DNA of 64,000 nt from an uncultured Gemmataceae bacterium (GCA_963750165.1 CAVVPN010000011.1:608001-672000); one strand, 5' to 3'; positions 40,102-51,700 are shown, counted from the first letter of the stretch. The notes: generated from the sequence alone by a model not told the origin. A program made the numbers and translations.

Positions 40102-41124
40102 TCAGTTGGAAACGCTGACCTTTGGCAACGCTTTTCGCAGCATGCGGACGCCCGCGTCGGTCACTCGTGTCTCATTCACGATTACATCACGGAGTTCCTG
40201 CAACTGGACAAGTTCGGACATGCCCGCGTCGGTGACCTTCGTGCCGTACAGGATCAGCAGTCGCAGCTGTGTCATCTGGCCGACGTGGCGCAACCCCGCG
40301 TCGGTGATCTTCGTGTCGTACAGATCCAGGGTCTGCAATTTGGACAGTTCCGCCAGCGCCCGCAGGCCGCGGTCGGTTACCTGCGTCTTCCCGAGCCAGA
40401 GATCCCGAAGGTTCGGCAGCCCGGCCAGGTCGCGCAACCCCGCGTCACCGACTTTCGTGCCGCGCAGCATCAGCAGGCGGAGCGTTTTCACTGCCGTCAG
40501 GTTGCGCAGCCCCGCGTCGGTGACCCGGGTTTGTTCGAGGAACAATTCCTGCAGCTGGGGCAGCGGCGCCAGTTCCTTGAGCCCCGCGTCGGTGACCGCA
40601 GTCATGCGCAGCGACAGCGCGTGCAGGTTCTTGAGCTGCGCCACGTGCTTCAGTCCCTCGTCGGTCACGCGGGTGAGGTCCAGGTCCAGGCGGCGCAACC
40701 CCGTCAACGGGGCCAGCGCGAGTAGGCCGGCGTCGGTCGTCTGCGTGCCGCTCAACTGCAGCACGTGCAGTTTTTTCAGGCCCGCCAGCGCTTTCAGGCC
40801 CACCCCCTGAACCTGCGTCCTCATGAGGTCCAGCGTCCGCAGTTCAGTGAGTCCGGCCAGCGACTTCAAGCCCTCGTCGGTGATCGCCGTGCTCTCCAGT
40901 CTCAGCGTCTGGAGTTGCTTGCACCCGGCCAGCAGACGCAGGTCCGCGTCCGTTACCCGGGTTTCGTTGAGGTGAACGGCAACGACCGCCCCGCCGTTGC
41001 GGTACACCTTGCCGCGGAGGCGCTCGACGGCCTGCACCGCTCGGTCCTCGGCCTCGTCGGCGACCAGAGCGGCGGGCGACAGTGCGAAGGTGAGGAGTGC
41101 CAGCAGGAAAATGAGCCGGTGCAT
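40102..41124 (-). CDS. Exported leucine-rich repeat protein
   Basis: 24-aa TxVTDAGLxxLAxLxxL repeats; LRKALP cap. Confidence 0.9.
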   Translation of the reverse strand: MHRLIFLLALLTFALSPAALVADEAEDRAVQAVERLRGKVYRNGGAVVAVHLNETRVTDADLRLLAGCKQLQTLRLESTAITDEGLKSLAGLTELRTLDLMRTQVQGVGLKALAGLKKLHVLQLSGTQTTDAGLLALAPLTGLRRLDLDLTRVTDEGLKHVAQLKNLHALSLRMTAVTDAGLKELAPLPQLQELFLEQTRVTDAGLRNLTAVKTLRLLMLRGTKVGDAGLRDLAGLPNLRDLWLGKTQVTDRGLRALAELSKLQTLDLYDTKITDAGLRHVGQMTQLRLLILYGTKVTDAGMSELVQLQELRDVIVNETRVTDAGVRMLRKALPKVSVSN

Positions 41125-41274
41125 CGGGAAGCTCCACGGGTGGAGAGGGAGGTCGCACCCGAAGATGATAACCGATCCGCGGAAAAGAGCGTGTAACAAA
41201 CGGGTAACGAGCGCGGCTCAGGTAAAGTTTGCGGCTACGGCCAGAAGCGGGCAAGCAGTTTTGTCCGCTAGCTC

Positions 41275-42621
<1,347 letters not shown>

Positions 42622-42677
42622 GATTACTGTTACGAAGGGCCGAGGTTCGTTCCCGGAGCGAAACGCGGCGGCGATGC

Positions 42678-43175
42678 TTAACCCGTGGGATCGACCCGGA
42701 AGAGAACCTGGCCGTAATCTACAGCATCCTCGTCTTTCATCAAGATTTCGGTGATGACACCACTGCACTCCGCCTGGATTTCGTTCTGCATCTTCATGGC
42801 CATGATAATGCAGACGACTGTGGTCGGTGTGACGCGACTGCCGATGGTGACGAACGGCGCGGCGTCGGGGTTCGGTTTGGAATAATAGGTGCCGACCGCC
42901 GGACACTTGATCTCGAGCAGTTTTTTGGCGGCTACGGCCTCCGAGACCGGTTGGGGCACGGCTGCGGTGGGGGTCGCGGCGGTCGGCAGCGGCGCCAGCG
43001 TGACCGGCGCGATGCCGGGGACCGTCAGCGGCAGGCCGCCGCGGCGCAGCAGAATGCGGCGGTTGCCCTCGCGCAGATCGATCTCGCTCAGGTCGTGGCG
43101 GCGCATCAGACGCACCAGCGCCTTGACCGTCGGCACGTCAAAAGGGCCCGGGCTGTTGGACACGTCGTCAGCCAC
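42678..43175 (-). CDS. accB: Biotin carboxyl carrier protein
   Basis: AMKM biotinylation motif; upstream of accC. Confidence 0.95.
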   Translation of the reverse strand: MADDVSNSPGPFDVPTVKALVRLMRRHDLSEIDLREGNRRILLRRGGLPLTVPGIAPVTLAPLPTAATPTAAVPQPVSEAVAAKKLLEIKCPAVGTYYSKPNPDAAPFVTIGSRVTPTTVVCIIMAMKMQNEIQAECSGVITEILMKDEDAVDYGQVLFRVDPTG

Positions 43176-43211
43176 CGTGTTCTCCCACTTCCTCTGGGTC
43201 GGCCCGCCCGG

Positions 43212-44360
43212 TCAACACTCGACCACCGCGGCGGCCAGGTCCTTCGGCACGCTGGTCAGCACTTCACAGCCGTCGAGCGTCACAAGCACGTCGTCTTCAA
43301 TGCGGACACCACCCCATTCGGGCAGGTAGATGCCGGGCTCGACGGTCACCACCATGCCCGCCTGCAACTCGACCTCGGAGCCGGGCCGCAGCAGCGGCGC
43401 CTCATGGACCTGCAGGCCCAGGCCGTGGCCAGTGCTGTGCGTGAAGTGGTCGCCGTAACCCGCCGCGGCGATGACCGAGCGGGCGGCGGCGTCCACCTGA
43501 CCGGCCCGCACGCCGGGCCGCAGGGTGGCGATGGCCGCGGCCTGGGCGCGCAGCACAACCTCATACACTTCCTGGAATTTCGGCTCGACGCCATTGGCCC
43601 CGGGCTGGTCCCAGCGCGTGGAAGTTGTACGGGTCCACAGAACGCGTGTCAAGTCGCTTTTGTAGAAGCGGCCGCTGGCGCCCCAGTCGAGCAGCAGCAG
43701 TGGATTTTCCGCGACGCGGCGGCTGGTCGGCGGCGCGTGCGGCAGGGCGGCGCGGCTGCCGACGGCGACGATGGCCGGGAAACTGCTGCCACGGCCGCCC
43801 GCCCGCCGGAGGTAGCTTTCGATGGCGTCGCTGAGGTCTTTTTCGCAGTCGTCTGGCCGCAGCAGGGCGCGGAACATGGCGAACGCCCGCTGCGCGAAGT
43901 CGATGGCCTCGCGGATCTGGCCGACCTCAATGGCGTCCTTGCAGGCCCGCAGTTGCTCGACGCGGTCGCGGCCCGGCTTCCAGTCGAGGTTGGCCGCGGC
44001 GCCGCGCAGCGCCTCCAGGTCGGCTACGGTCAGGTGGCTGCTCTCGATGCCAACGTGCTTGACGCCGAGCCTGTCCAGCGTCTGGGCGGTGGCCTCGGTC
44101 AGCGGCGTCACCGGCGGGCGGATAACCGTCTCCAGGCCAGGACACTCCTCGGCCAGTTGCTGCGTGAAGCGGCCGTCGCTGACGAGGACGCTGCGCCGCG
44201 GCGTAACGATCAGGTGGCTGCTCTCGCCGCTGAAGCCGGTCAGGTAGCTGACATTGACGGGCTGGCTGACGAGCAGGGCGTCGAGGCCCTCGTTGGCCAC
44301 GCTCTCGGCGAGGCGGCGGCGGCGGTCGGCGAAGTAGTCGGGTGCGGTCGGCGGCGTCAA
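43212..44360 (-). CDS. Xaa-Pro peptidase (M24 family)
   Basis: YLTGFSG, YKSDLTR, HSTGHGLGLQVHE, TVEPGIY, GVRIEDD; start uncertain. Confidence 0.92.
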   Translation of the reverse strand: MTPPTAPDYFADRRRRLAESVANEGLDALLVSQPVNVSYLTGFSGESSHLIVTPRRSVLVSDGRFTQQLAEECPGLETVIRPPVTPLTEATAQTLDRLGVKHVGIESSHLTVADLEALRGAAANLDWKPGRDRVEQLRACKDAIEVGQIREAIDFAQRAFAMFRALLRPDDCEKDLSDAIESYLRRAGGRGSSFPAIVAVGSRAALPHAPPTSRRVAENPLLLLDWGASGRFYKSDLTRVLWTRTTSTRWDQPGANGVEPKFQEVYEVVLRAQAAAIATLRPGVRAGQVDAAARSVIAAAGYGDHFTHSTGHGLGLQVHEAPLLRPGSEVELQAGMVVTVEPGIYLPEWGGVRIEDDVLVTLDGCEVLTSVPKDLAAAVVEC

Positions 44361-44463
44361 GGGAAGGCCCTTCCGTGAAGCGGGTGCGGGCGGTTTGGTA
44401 GGGATCAGTGTAGCGACCGCCGCCCCTGGCCGCAATTCAGTCTCGTGAAGTGGCACTGCGTCA

Positions 44464-44545
44464 CAGCGGACGGCAGCGGTTGCCACAGCAAGGAAGCCAA
44501 GAACGCCAAGAACGCCAACTTTTTTACACGTCGAGATCCGGTGCC
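44464..44545 (+). repeat. Third copy of the nonamer + CAACTTTTTTACACGTCGAGAT element
   Basis: GCGGTTGCCACAGCAAGGAAGCCAAGAACGCCAAGAACGCCAACTTTTTTACACGTCGAGAT matches 201-278. Confidence 0.85.
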
Positions 44546-44603
44546 TACAGGACGTGGCTCGTGGGAGGTGTGGGCGCTGGCCCGTGATCTGCCGCTCGTG
44601 AGA

Positions 44604-44681
44604 GTCCTCGAAAGGATGAAGGATGAAGAAAAGACAGAAGAAGGGTTTTCTTCATCCTTCATCCTTCATCCTTTCGAGGAC
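44604..44681. repeat. Heptamer (AAGGATG) inverted repeat overlapping the thiolase stop
   Basis: GTCCTCGAAAGGATGAAGGATGAAG...CTTCATCCTTCATCCTTTCGAGGAC. Confidence 0.8.
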
Positions 44682-45821
44682 GGTGGCGGTGGCCATGCCG
44701 TGGCCGATGCACATGACCTGCAAGCCGAAGCGGCCGCCGGTCACCTCCAGGCCGACGAGCATCTTCGCCAGCAGGCCGGCGCCGGTCGCGCCCAGCGGGT
44801 GGCCGTGGGCGATGGCCCCGCCCCACGGGTTGACGCGGGCCAGGTCCGGCTGCAACTCGCGCGCCCAGGCCAGCACCACCGTGGCAAACGCCTCGTTGAC
44901 CTCGAACCAGTCGATGTCCGCCATGCTCAGCCCAGCACGCGCCAGCGCCGCCCATGTCGCCGGGATGATGGCCGTGAGTTGCAGCGTGGGATCGTCGCCG
45001 ACCACGACGCGGGCGCGGAAGCGGGCGCGCGGCCGGAAACCATCGGCAATCGCCGTCTCGCGATCCGCGATCAGCACGGCCGCGGCGCCGTCGGCGATCT
45101 GGCTGGCATTGGCAGCGGTCACCACGCCAGCGCCGCCAGGGCGGAAGACCGTCGGCAGGCTCGCCATCTTCGCCGGATCGATCACGTCGCGAATGCCCTC
45201 GTCGCGCGTCAGGGGCACGCCGGCTTCCGTGGTGCCCGCGGCCGCCCCGGTCAGCAGCTCACGGTGCCAGCCCAGTCGGGCAGCGGCGGCCGCGCGGCGG
45301 TGGCTCTCGGCGGCGAAGGCGTCCGCCTCGGCGCGGCTGATGCGCCAGCGCTGGGCTACGCGCTCGGCACTCTCGCCCTGGTGGATCAGTTCGCGGCGTG
45401 CCAGCAGGTCCGGGTTGAGCCGCTCGAAGCCGCCGCCGATGTCGCTGAACATCGGGACGCGCGTCATGCTCTCGACGCCGGCGGCGATGACGTAACGGGC
45501 GTCGCCGGCGGCGACGGCCTGGGCGGCGAAGTGGACCGCCTGTTGACTGGAGCCGCACAGCCGGTTGAGCGTGACGGCCGGCACCGTGTCGGGGAAGCCG
45601 GACAGCAGCACTGCCAGGCGGCCGACGTTGGCGCCCTGTTCGCCCACCTGGGTGACGGTGCCGTTGATGACATCCTCGACCCGGGCCGGATCCAGACCGG
45701 CGCGCTCCACGAGGCCGCGCAGGGTCAGGGCGAGCAGCTGGTCGGGTCGGGTGTCACGGTGGGCGCCACTGCGGCGGCCGAACGGGGTGCGCACGGCTTC
45801 GAGGATCACAGGTTCAGGCAC
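44652..45821 (-). CDS. Thiolase (acetyl-CoA acyltransferase)
   Basis: [26 protein letters not shown]. Confidence 0.95.
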   Translation of the reverse strand: MPEPVILEAVRTPFGRRSGAHRDTRPDQLLALTLRGLVERAGLDPARVEDVINGTVTQVGEQGANVGRLAVLLSGFPDTVPAVTLNRLCGSSQQAVHFAAQAVAAGDARYVIAAGVESMTRVPMFSDIGGGFERLNPDLLARRELIHQGESAERVAQRWRISRAEADAFAAESHRRAAAAARLGWHRELLTGAAAGTTEAGVPLTRDEGIRDVIDPAKMASLPTVFRPGGAGVVTAANASQIADGAAAVLIADRETAIADGFRPRARFRARVVVGDDPTLQLTAIIPATWAALARAGLSMADIDWFEVNEAFATVVLAWARELQPDLARVNPWGGAIAHGHPLGATGAGLLAKMLVGLEVTGGRFGLQVMCIGHGMATATVLERMKDEG

Positions 45822-46080
45822 GCTAACCTCCGGGCTCAGACAGGTTTGTCATTGAACTTCGGTTTGCAATCCATTATTTCATTTTGTCCATCGGTCGCTC
45901 CGTTGGCTTCCGCCCGCATGACTTCGCGTCACGGCGGCTCGTTCGGGCCCGGGTTCATTCGACATTATAACGCCACCCGCACCCGGAGGAACGGCCCAAC
46001 TTCGCGTGGACAGGACGCGCCCGCCGCCGCACAATAGCGTTGGCGAACCGCCGCACCCTGACCGGAGGAGGGAGACGACC

Positions 46081-47880
46081 ATGCTCAACACGTCCTTGAA
46101 GGAAGCCGTGCTGCGCCTGCTGCCGCGCGTGCAGACGCCGGCACAGTATCTCGGCGGCGAACTGAACGCCGTCGTCAAGGACCATCGCGGCGTCCGCGGC
46201 AAGCTGTGCCTGGCGTTCCCCGACGCCTACACGCTCGGCATGAGCCACCACGGCTTGCAGGTTCTGTACACCATCATGAACAGCGACCCGCAGTGGGCCT
46301 GCGAACGCGCCTTCACGCCCTGGGTCGATTTCGAGGCCCTGCTGCGCCAGCACAATCTGCCGCTCTACTCGCTGGAGACGTTCACGCCGCTGCGGCAGTT
46401 CGACGTGCTCGGCTTCAGCCTGCAGTACGAAATCTGCTACACGAACCTGCTGACCATGCTGGACCTGGGCGGCGTGCCGCTGCACAGCAAGGACCGCACG
46501 CTCGCCGACCCGCTGGTGATCTGCGGCGGTCCCGGGGCGCAGAACCCCGAGGTGCTCGCGCCCTTCGTGGACCTGTTCGTCATCGGCGACGGGGAGGAAA
46601 GTCTGCCGTGGTTGATGGAAAAGTACATGACGCTCAAGGAGCACGGCGGCAAGTCGCGGGAGGACGTGATCGCGGAGCTGGTCGGCGGCACGACCTGGGC
46701 GTATGCGCCGATGTTCTACGAGCCGGAGTACCACGCCGACGGCACCCTCGCGGCGATGCACCGCACGCGCGCCGACGTGCCGCAGCAGGTCATGGCCTGC
46801 ACGATCACGCAGGACTTCGACGCCATCCCGCTGCCGACGCGGCCGGTGGTGCCGTTCGTCGAGACGCCGCACGACCGCATCGCCCTGGAGATCATGCGCG
46901 GCTGTCCGTGGCAGTGCCGTTTCTGCCAATCGACGGTCATCAAGCGGCCGTTGCGCGTGCGCAGCGTCGAAACCATCGTACAGTCGGCCCTGGAGAGCTA
47001 CCGCAACACCGGCCACAACGAAATCAGCCTGCTCAGCCTGAGCACCAGCGATTACCCGTATTTCGAGGAACTGGTGACGCGCATGCACGAGGTGTTCACG
47101 CCGCTGGGCGTCAACATTTCGCTGCCGAGCCTGCGCGTCACGGATCAGTTACGGTTGCTGCCGAAGCTGTTTGCCGGCGTGCGCAAGGCGGGGCTGACGC
47201 TGGCGCCGGAGGTGGCCCGCGACGACATGCGCGACCAGATCCGCAAGCCGATCAAGAACGAGGACCTGTACGAGGGCTGCCGCGAGGCGTTCAAGAGCGG
47301 CTGGAACAAGGTCAAGCTGTACTTCCTGTGCGGCCTGCCGGGCGAGCGCACCGCCGACCTGGACGGCATCGTGGACATGGCGGAGACGATCTCGCGCATC
47401 GGCAAGGAGGTCAAGGGCCGCTTCGTCGATGTGACGGCGTCGGTGTCGAACTTCGTGCCGAAGCCGCACACGCCGTATCAGTGGAACGGCATGCAGTCGC
47501 GTGAGTATTTCCACTGGGCCGGCCAGTATCTGCGGCAGCGCTGCAAGATTCGGGCGGTGCGGATCAAGCAGCACGACGTGGAGGTGAGCCTGCTGGAGGG
47601 CGTGCTGACGCGCGGCGACCGGCGCGTGGCCCCGGTGCTGGAGGAGGCATGGCGGCGCGGCTGCCGGCTGGACGGCTGGCGCGAGTGCTTCCAGCCGGAG
47701 GTGTGGTGGCAGACGTTCGCGGACCTGGGCGTTGACGTGCAGTGGTACTCGCACCGGGCGCGGCCGATGACCGAAGTGCTGCCGTGGGATCATGTCAACG
47801 TCAAGAAGGGGCGGCAGTATCTGGAGAAGGAGCAGACGCGCAGTTTGCACCAGCTGGAGGTCATGGCGGCGGCGACGTGA
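46081..47880 (+). CDS. B12-binding radical SAM protein (TIGR03960-like)
   Basis: FPDAYTLGMSH, RGCPWQCRFCQ (CxxxCxxC), LPSLR, FVPKPHTP, LPWDH. Confidence 0.92.
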   Translation: MLNTSLKEAVLRLLPRVQTPAQYLGGELNAVVKDHRGVRGKLCLAFPDAYTLGMSHHGLQVLYTIMNSDPQWACERAFTPWVDFEALLRQHNLPLYSLETFTPLRQFDVLGFSLQYEICYTNLLTMLDLGGVPLHSKDRTLADPLVICGGPGAQNPEVLAPFVDLFVIGDGEESLPWLMEKYMTLKEHGGKSREDVIAELVGGTTWAYAPMFYEPEYHADGTLAAMHRTRADVPQQVMACTITQDFDAIPLPTRPVVPFVETPHDRIALEIMRGCPWQCRFCQSTVIKRPLRVRSVETIVQSALESYRNTGHNEISLLSLSTSDYPYFEELVTRMHEVFTPLGVNISLPSLRVTDQLRLLPKLFAGVRKAGLTLAPEVARDDMRDQIRKPIKNEDLYEGCREAFKSGWNKVKLYFLCGLPGERTADLDGIVDMAETISRIGKEVKGRFVDVTASVSNFVPKPHTPYQWNGMQSREYFHWAGQYLRQRCKIRAVRIKQHDVEVSLLEGVLTRGDRRVAPVLEEAWRRGCRLDGWRECFQPEVWWQTFADLGVDVQWYSHRARPMTEVLPWDHVNVKKGRQYLEKEQTRSLHQLEVMAAAT

Positions 47881-48274
47881 CGCACAGGTCGGCCGCCCAC
47901 TGCGCACGCCGTCGGCGGAGGGCTTGCGTGAACTCCTGCACGCGCTGCCGCAATCGGGGCGGCAGGTCGGCCGCTGCCAGGAGTTGGTCGCCCAGACAGA
48001 TCGCTTCGTGAAAATTGCCCGCCTGGGCCCAGCAGCTGATCGCGCTGAAGCGGTGTAGCTGACTTTTTTCGTGCAACCCTTGGGCGGCGCACACCTCGCT
48101 CAGCTGTTCCTCCAGCGCGGCGGCCCGGGCGAACCGCTCCGCCGCGGCGTCCTCCTGCCGCTGGTCCCGGAGCAACCGCCCTTCCAGGATCAGGTTCGAT
48201 TTCAGGGTTTCGTCGGCCGCAAAGTCCGCGTCCAGCCCGTGCCGTGCGAGTCCCTTCAAGGGGCGCTGCATCAT
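47861..48274 (-). CDS. Helical (TPR-like) hypothetical protein
   Basis: 137 aa; ATGA-coupled to upstream gene; SAISCWAQAG. Confidence 0.7.
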   Translation of the reverse strand: MMQRPLKGLARHGLDADFAADETLKSNLILEGRLLRDQRQEDAAAERFARAAALEEQLSEVCAAQGLHEKSQLHRFSAISCWAQAGNFHEAICLGDQLLAAADLPPRLRQRVQEFTQALRRRRAQWAADLCVTSPPP

Positions 48275-48794
48275 GGGGTTCTCTCGTCAAAGTGAGGGAA
48301 GGAGAAGATCACGCGCCGGGTCGCAAATCCGACCACGATCACGTAGCCGTCCGCTCCGTAGGGGTTGTCCAGCAACTGCTGCACTTTCTCCCGGTGTCGG
48401 GCCTCCAGGTTGTCCGCGGTCGTGCCACTGACTTCCAGGCCGAATTCCTGCGTCTCGTCCAGGCACCAGTAATCGAAGCGGTCGCCCTCCGCCGCCACCG
48501 CGTGCAGGCGGATGCCGGCGAAGTGCCACAGGACCACGCAGGCCACCCCAGCGCGGCCCATTCCGTGAGCGGGTTGTCCTGGATGCCCAGCGGCAACCGC
48601 GGGATACTCTCCCGGTCCCAATGTAAACGGAGCGAATGCTCGCCCGCCATTTCGCGAACGTCCCGCAGTTCAACCGTCAGGAGTGTCTCAGTGTCATCCG
48701 GGGTGGATTGCAAGCGCGTCACGGCGAACGGCACAAACAGGTGCGTGGCGAGTGCGTGGAGTTCGCCGATGGTTTCGAGACGAAAGGAATCCAC
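48271..48794 (-). CDS. Hypothetical protein with PD-(D/E)XK-like motifs (frameshift ~48547)
   Basis: TEWAALG|VAC...GDRFDY...LEVSG; ORFs join with one G added to a G4 run. Confidence 0.6.
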
Positions 48795-48902
48795 AATACC
48801 ATCCCTTCAACCCTCCAAGGTGTCCGCGCTTCAAAGTCCATTATAATGGCGGGGGAGTTCTCCAAAGGTAAAAAGTGCGGCGACGGCAGCGGCTGACGGT
48901 TA

Positions 48903-48959
48903 GAGTAGGAGCAGACGCGCAGCTTGCACCAGCTGGAGGTCATGGCGGAGGCGACGTAG
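48903..48959 (+). repeat. Copy 1 of the radical SAM gene 3' end (57 bp)
   Basis: AGGAGCAGACGCGCAGCTTGCACCAGCTGGAGGTCATGGCGGAGGCGACGTAG vs 47824-47880. Confidence 0.95.
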
Positions 48960-49044
48960 TTTGTCTCCCCTTCCCCGACCGGATCGCGGAACTGGGGCGC
49001 GGCACGCACTGGTTGCTCGGATTCCAACAACACCGGGAGGCCGT

Positions 49045-50574
49045 ATGAGGACGCAGACGCGGGCGCGATTCGGGGCGGCGGCGCTGGTGACGGTGCTGAT
49101 CGGGTTCGGCTCGGGACGGGTGTGCGGGCAGGAGCCCAGGCCGTTGCCGGCGGCGGTGACGGCCGCCTGGCAAAAGGCCGGCGCCGAGGTCGGCTGGACG
49201 AGGTCGGATAAATCCAGGGTACGACTGCTGTTTCGTCTCGGCAGGGCCGGGAAGGCTGGGGAGGTGCCGGCCTTCCGGTTCTCAGCGTGGCAGGGCGGCA
49301 TCCTCGCCAAACTGCCGCGGCCGGAGACCCCGTTTGGCTTGGACTTCGGCTCCACGAAGGTGGCGGACGCGGGGTTGAAGGAGCTGGCCGCGCTCCAGCA
49401 ACTGCAGGCGCTGAACCTTGGCTTCACGCAGGTGACGGACGCGGGGCTGAAGGAGTTGGCCGCGCTCAAGCGACTGCAGGCGCTGAACCTCGGCTTCACG
49501 CAGGTGGCGGACGCGGGGCTGAAGGAGCTGGCCGCGCTCAAGCAACTGCAGTTGCTGGGCCTCGGCGGCACGCAGGTGACGGATGCGGGTCTGAAGGAGT
49601 TGGCCGCTCTCAAGCAACTGCAAACACTGGACCTCAACGGCACGGAGGTGACGGACACGGGTCTGAAGGAGCTGGCCGCGCTCAAGCAACTCCAGTCGCT
49701 GGACCTCGGCTTAACGAAGGTGACGGACGCGGGGCTGAAGGAACTGGCCGCGCTCCAGCAGCTGCAGTCGCTGGCCCTCGGCTTAACGAAGGTGACGGAC
49801 ACGGGTCTGAAGGAACTGGCCGCGCTCAAGCAACTGCAGTCGCTGGCCCTCAACGGCACGGAGGTGACGGACACGGGTCTGAAGGAACTGGCCGCGCTCC
49901 AGCAACTGCAGGCGCTGAACCTCGGCTTCACGCAGGTGGCGGACGCGGGGCTGAAGGAGCTGGCCGCGCTCAAGCAACTGCAGTTGCTGGGCCTCGGCGG
50001 CACGCAGGTGACGGATGCGGGTCTGAAGGAACTGGCTTCGCTCAAGCAACTGCAAACACTGGTCCTCAGCAGCACGCAAGTGACGGACGCGGGGCTGAAG
50101 GAACTGGCTTCGCTCAAGCAACTGCGGTCGTTGTACCTCTACAACACCAAGGTAACGGACGCGGGTCTGAAGGAACTGGCCGCTCTCAAGCAACTGCGGT
50201 CGTTGTACCTCTACAACACCAAGGTAACGGACGCGGGGCTGAAGGAGCTGGCCGCCCTCAAGCAACTGCAGACACTGGACCTCAACGGCACGAAGGTGAC
50301 GGACGCGGGGCTGAAGGAGCTGGCCGCCCTCAAGCAACTGCGGTCGTTGTACCTCTACAACACCAAGGTAACGGACGCGGGGCTGAAGGAGCTGGCCGCG
50401 CTCAAGCAACTGCAAACACTGGTCCTCAGCAGCACGCAAGTGACGGACGCGGGGCTGAAGGAGCTGGCCGCGCTCCAGCAACTGCAATCGCTGAACCTTT
50501 TCAACACGAAGGTGACGGACGCGGGCGTAGCCCAGCTACGGAAGGCGCTGCCAAGCCTTGACATCCTCCGCTAA
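49045..50574 (+). CDS. Exported LRR protein, 16 near-identical 24-aa (72-bp) repeats + cap
   Basis: GGAGG RBS; TxVTDAGLKELAALKQLxxLxLxx repeats. Confidence 0.93.
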   Translation: MRTQTRARFGAAALVTVLIGFGSGRVCGQEPRPLPAAVTAAWQKAGAEVGWTRSDKSRVRLLFRLGRAGKAGEVPAFRFSAWQGGILAKLPRPETPFGLDFGSTKVADAGLKELAALQQLQALNLGFTQVTDAGLKELAALKRLQALNLGFTQVADAGLKELAALKQLQLLGLGGTQVTDAGLKELAALKQLQTLDLNGTEVTDTGLKELAALKQLQSLDLGLTKVTDAGLKELAALQQLQSLALGLTKVTDTGLKELAALKQLQSLALNGTEVTDTGLKELAALQQLQALNLGFTQVADAGLKELAALKQLQLLGLGGTQVTDAGLKELASLKQLQTLVLSSTQVTDAGLKELASLKQLRSLYLYNTKVTDAGLKELAALKQLRSLYLYNTKVTDAGLKELAALKQLQTLDLNGTKVTDAGLKELAALKQLRSLYLYNTKVTDAGLKELAALKQLQTLVLSSTQVTDAGLKELAALQQLQSLNLFNTKVTDAGVAQLRKALPSLDILR

Positions 50575-50638
50575 TTGGTTCGATAGCGACCGGCCAAGCG
50601 CTCCAGCGCTGTTGATGCCGCGACGGCCACGACACCTC

Positions 50639-50846
50639 CGGCTGGCGCGAGTGCTTCCAGCCGGAGGTGTGGTGGCAGACGTTCGCGGACCTGGACATTG
50701 GTGTGGAGTGGTACGCGCACCGGGCGCGGCCAATGACGGAGGTGCTGCCGTGGGACCACGTCAACGTCAAGAAGGGGCGGCAGTATCTGGAGAAGGAGCA
50801 GACGCGCAGCCTGCACCAGCTGGAGGTCATGGCGGAGGCGACGTGA
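50639..50846 (+). repeat. Copy 2 of the radical SAM gene 3' end (208 bp, no indels)
   Basis: Aligns to 47673-47880 with 14 mismatches by hand count. Confidence 0.97.
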
Positions 50847-50877
50847 CGCCGTGCATTCGAGAGACGGGGGAGCACAC

Positions 50878-51114
50878 ATGAATCGCTTGGTGGTGAAATC
50901 CAGAGTGAGCAGCGATGGCGTCTTGCACCTGGCGCTGCCGGTGGGTCTAGAGGCGGCGGACCAGGAGGTCCAGGTTACGGTGGAGACGGTCCCGGGTGCG
51001 CCGCTCTCCCGAGAGCAATGGCGGGCCTGGGTCCAGTCGATGGCCGGCGCCTGGCAGGGAGACTTTGAGCGACCGCCGCAGGGCGAGTACGAGGCGCGGG
51101 AGCCGCTATCGTGA
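50878..51114 (+). CDS. Putative VapB-type antitoxin
   Basis: 78 aa; GTGA-coupled to PIN gene; ERPPQGEYEAREPL C-terminus. Confidence 0.78.
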   Translation: MNRLVVKSRVSSDGVLHLALPVGLEAADQEVQVTVETVPGAPLSREQWRAWVQSMAGAWQGDFERPPQGEYEAREPLS

Positions 51115-51515
51115 AATACCTTCTGGACTCGAACGCCTGGATCGGCTGGCTCCGCCAGAGCCAGCCGAATCTCGTGCGCCGCATCCAGCAGGAACAGCCA
51201 GCGGACATCGCCCTTTGTTCGGTGGTATTGGGGGAGTTGCTTTACGGTGCCCGGCACAGCGGGGCGGCACACCAGGCCAACAATTTGGCCCTGGTTGCCG
51301 CATTGCGTCAGCAGTTCGTCTCAGTCCCCTTCGACGACCGGGCTGCCGAGGAGTACGGCAAGGTTCGGGAACACCTCGCCGGACTGGGAACGCTGATCGG
51401 GCCGAATGACCTTCTGATTGCGGCGATTGTCCTGGCCAACGGCTTGACCCTGGTGACCAACAACACCAGCGAATTCAGCCGGGTGCCAGGGCTGCCGCTG
51501 GAAGATTGGCAATAA
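51111..51515 (+). CDS. vapC: VapC PIN-domain toxin
   Basis: YLLDSN, GELLYGA, IGPNDLLIAA, LVTNNTSEFSRV. Confidence 0.93.
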   Translation: MKYLLDSNAWIGWLRQSQPNLVRRIQQEQPADIALCSVVLGELLYGARHSGAAHQANNLALVAALRQQFVSVPFDDRAAEEYGKVREHLAGLGTLIGPNDLLIAAIVLANGLTLVTNNTSEFSRVPGLPLEDWQ

Positions 51516-51618
51516 TTGCGCCGTCGCGGCTGTGGGCAGACCGATGACAACCTGGAGTGGATGCTGGATCGGGATTCCACACCCCCAGGTGCTACAGCGG
51601 CGCAAACGGTCGCTTGGG

Positions 51619-51700
51619 GTCAAGATGGGCCGACAATATCTTGCAGAAGGAGCCGACGCGCAGCTTGCACCAGCAGGAGGTCATGGCGGCGGCGACGTGA
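51619..51700 (+). repeat. Copy 3 of the radical SAM gene 3' end (82 bp, one insertion, most decayed)
   Basis: GTCAAGATGGGCCGACAATATCTTGCAGAAGGAGCCGACGCGCAGCTTGCACCAGCAGGAGGTCATGGCGGCGGCGACGTGA vs 47800-47880. Confidence 0.93.

Noticed and set aside
49354..50520. 72-bp periodic repeat as a CRISPR array
   Set aside because: In-frame coding LRR; variable parts recur and are not unique spacers; no cas genes.
47673..51700. Tail copies as a DGR template/variable repeat pair
   Set aside because: Mismatches are not adenine-specific, many are synonymous, and no reverse transcriptase is in the window.
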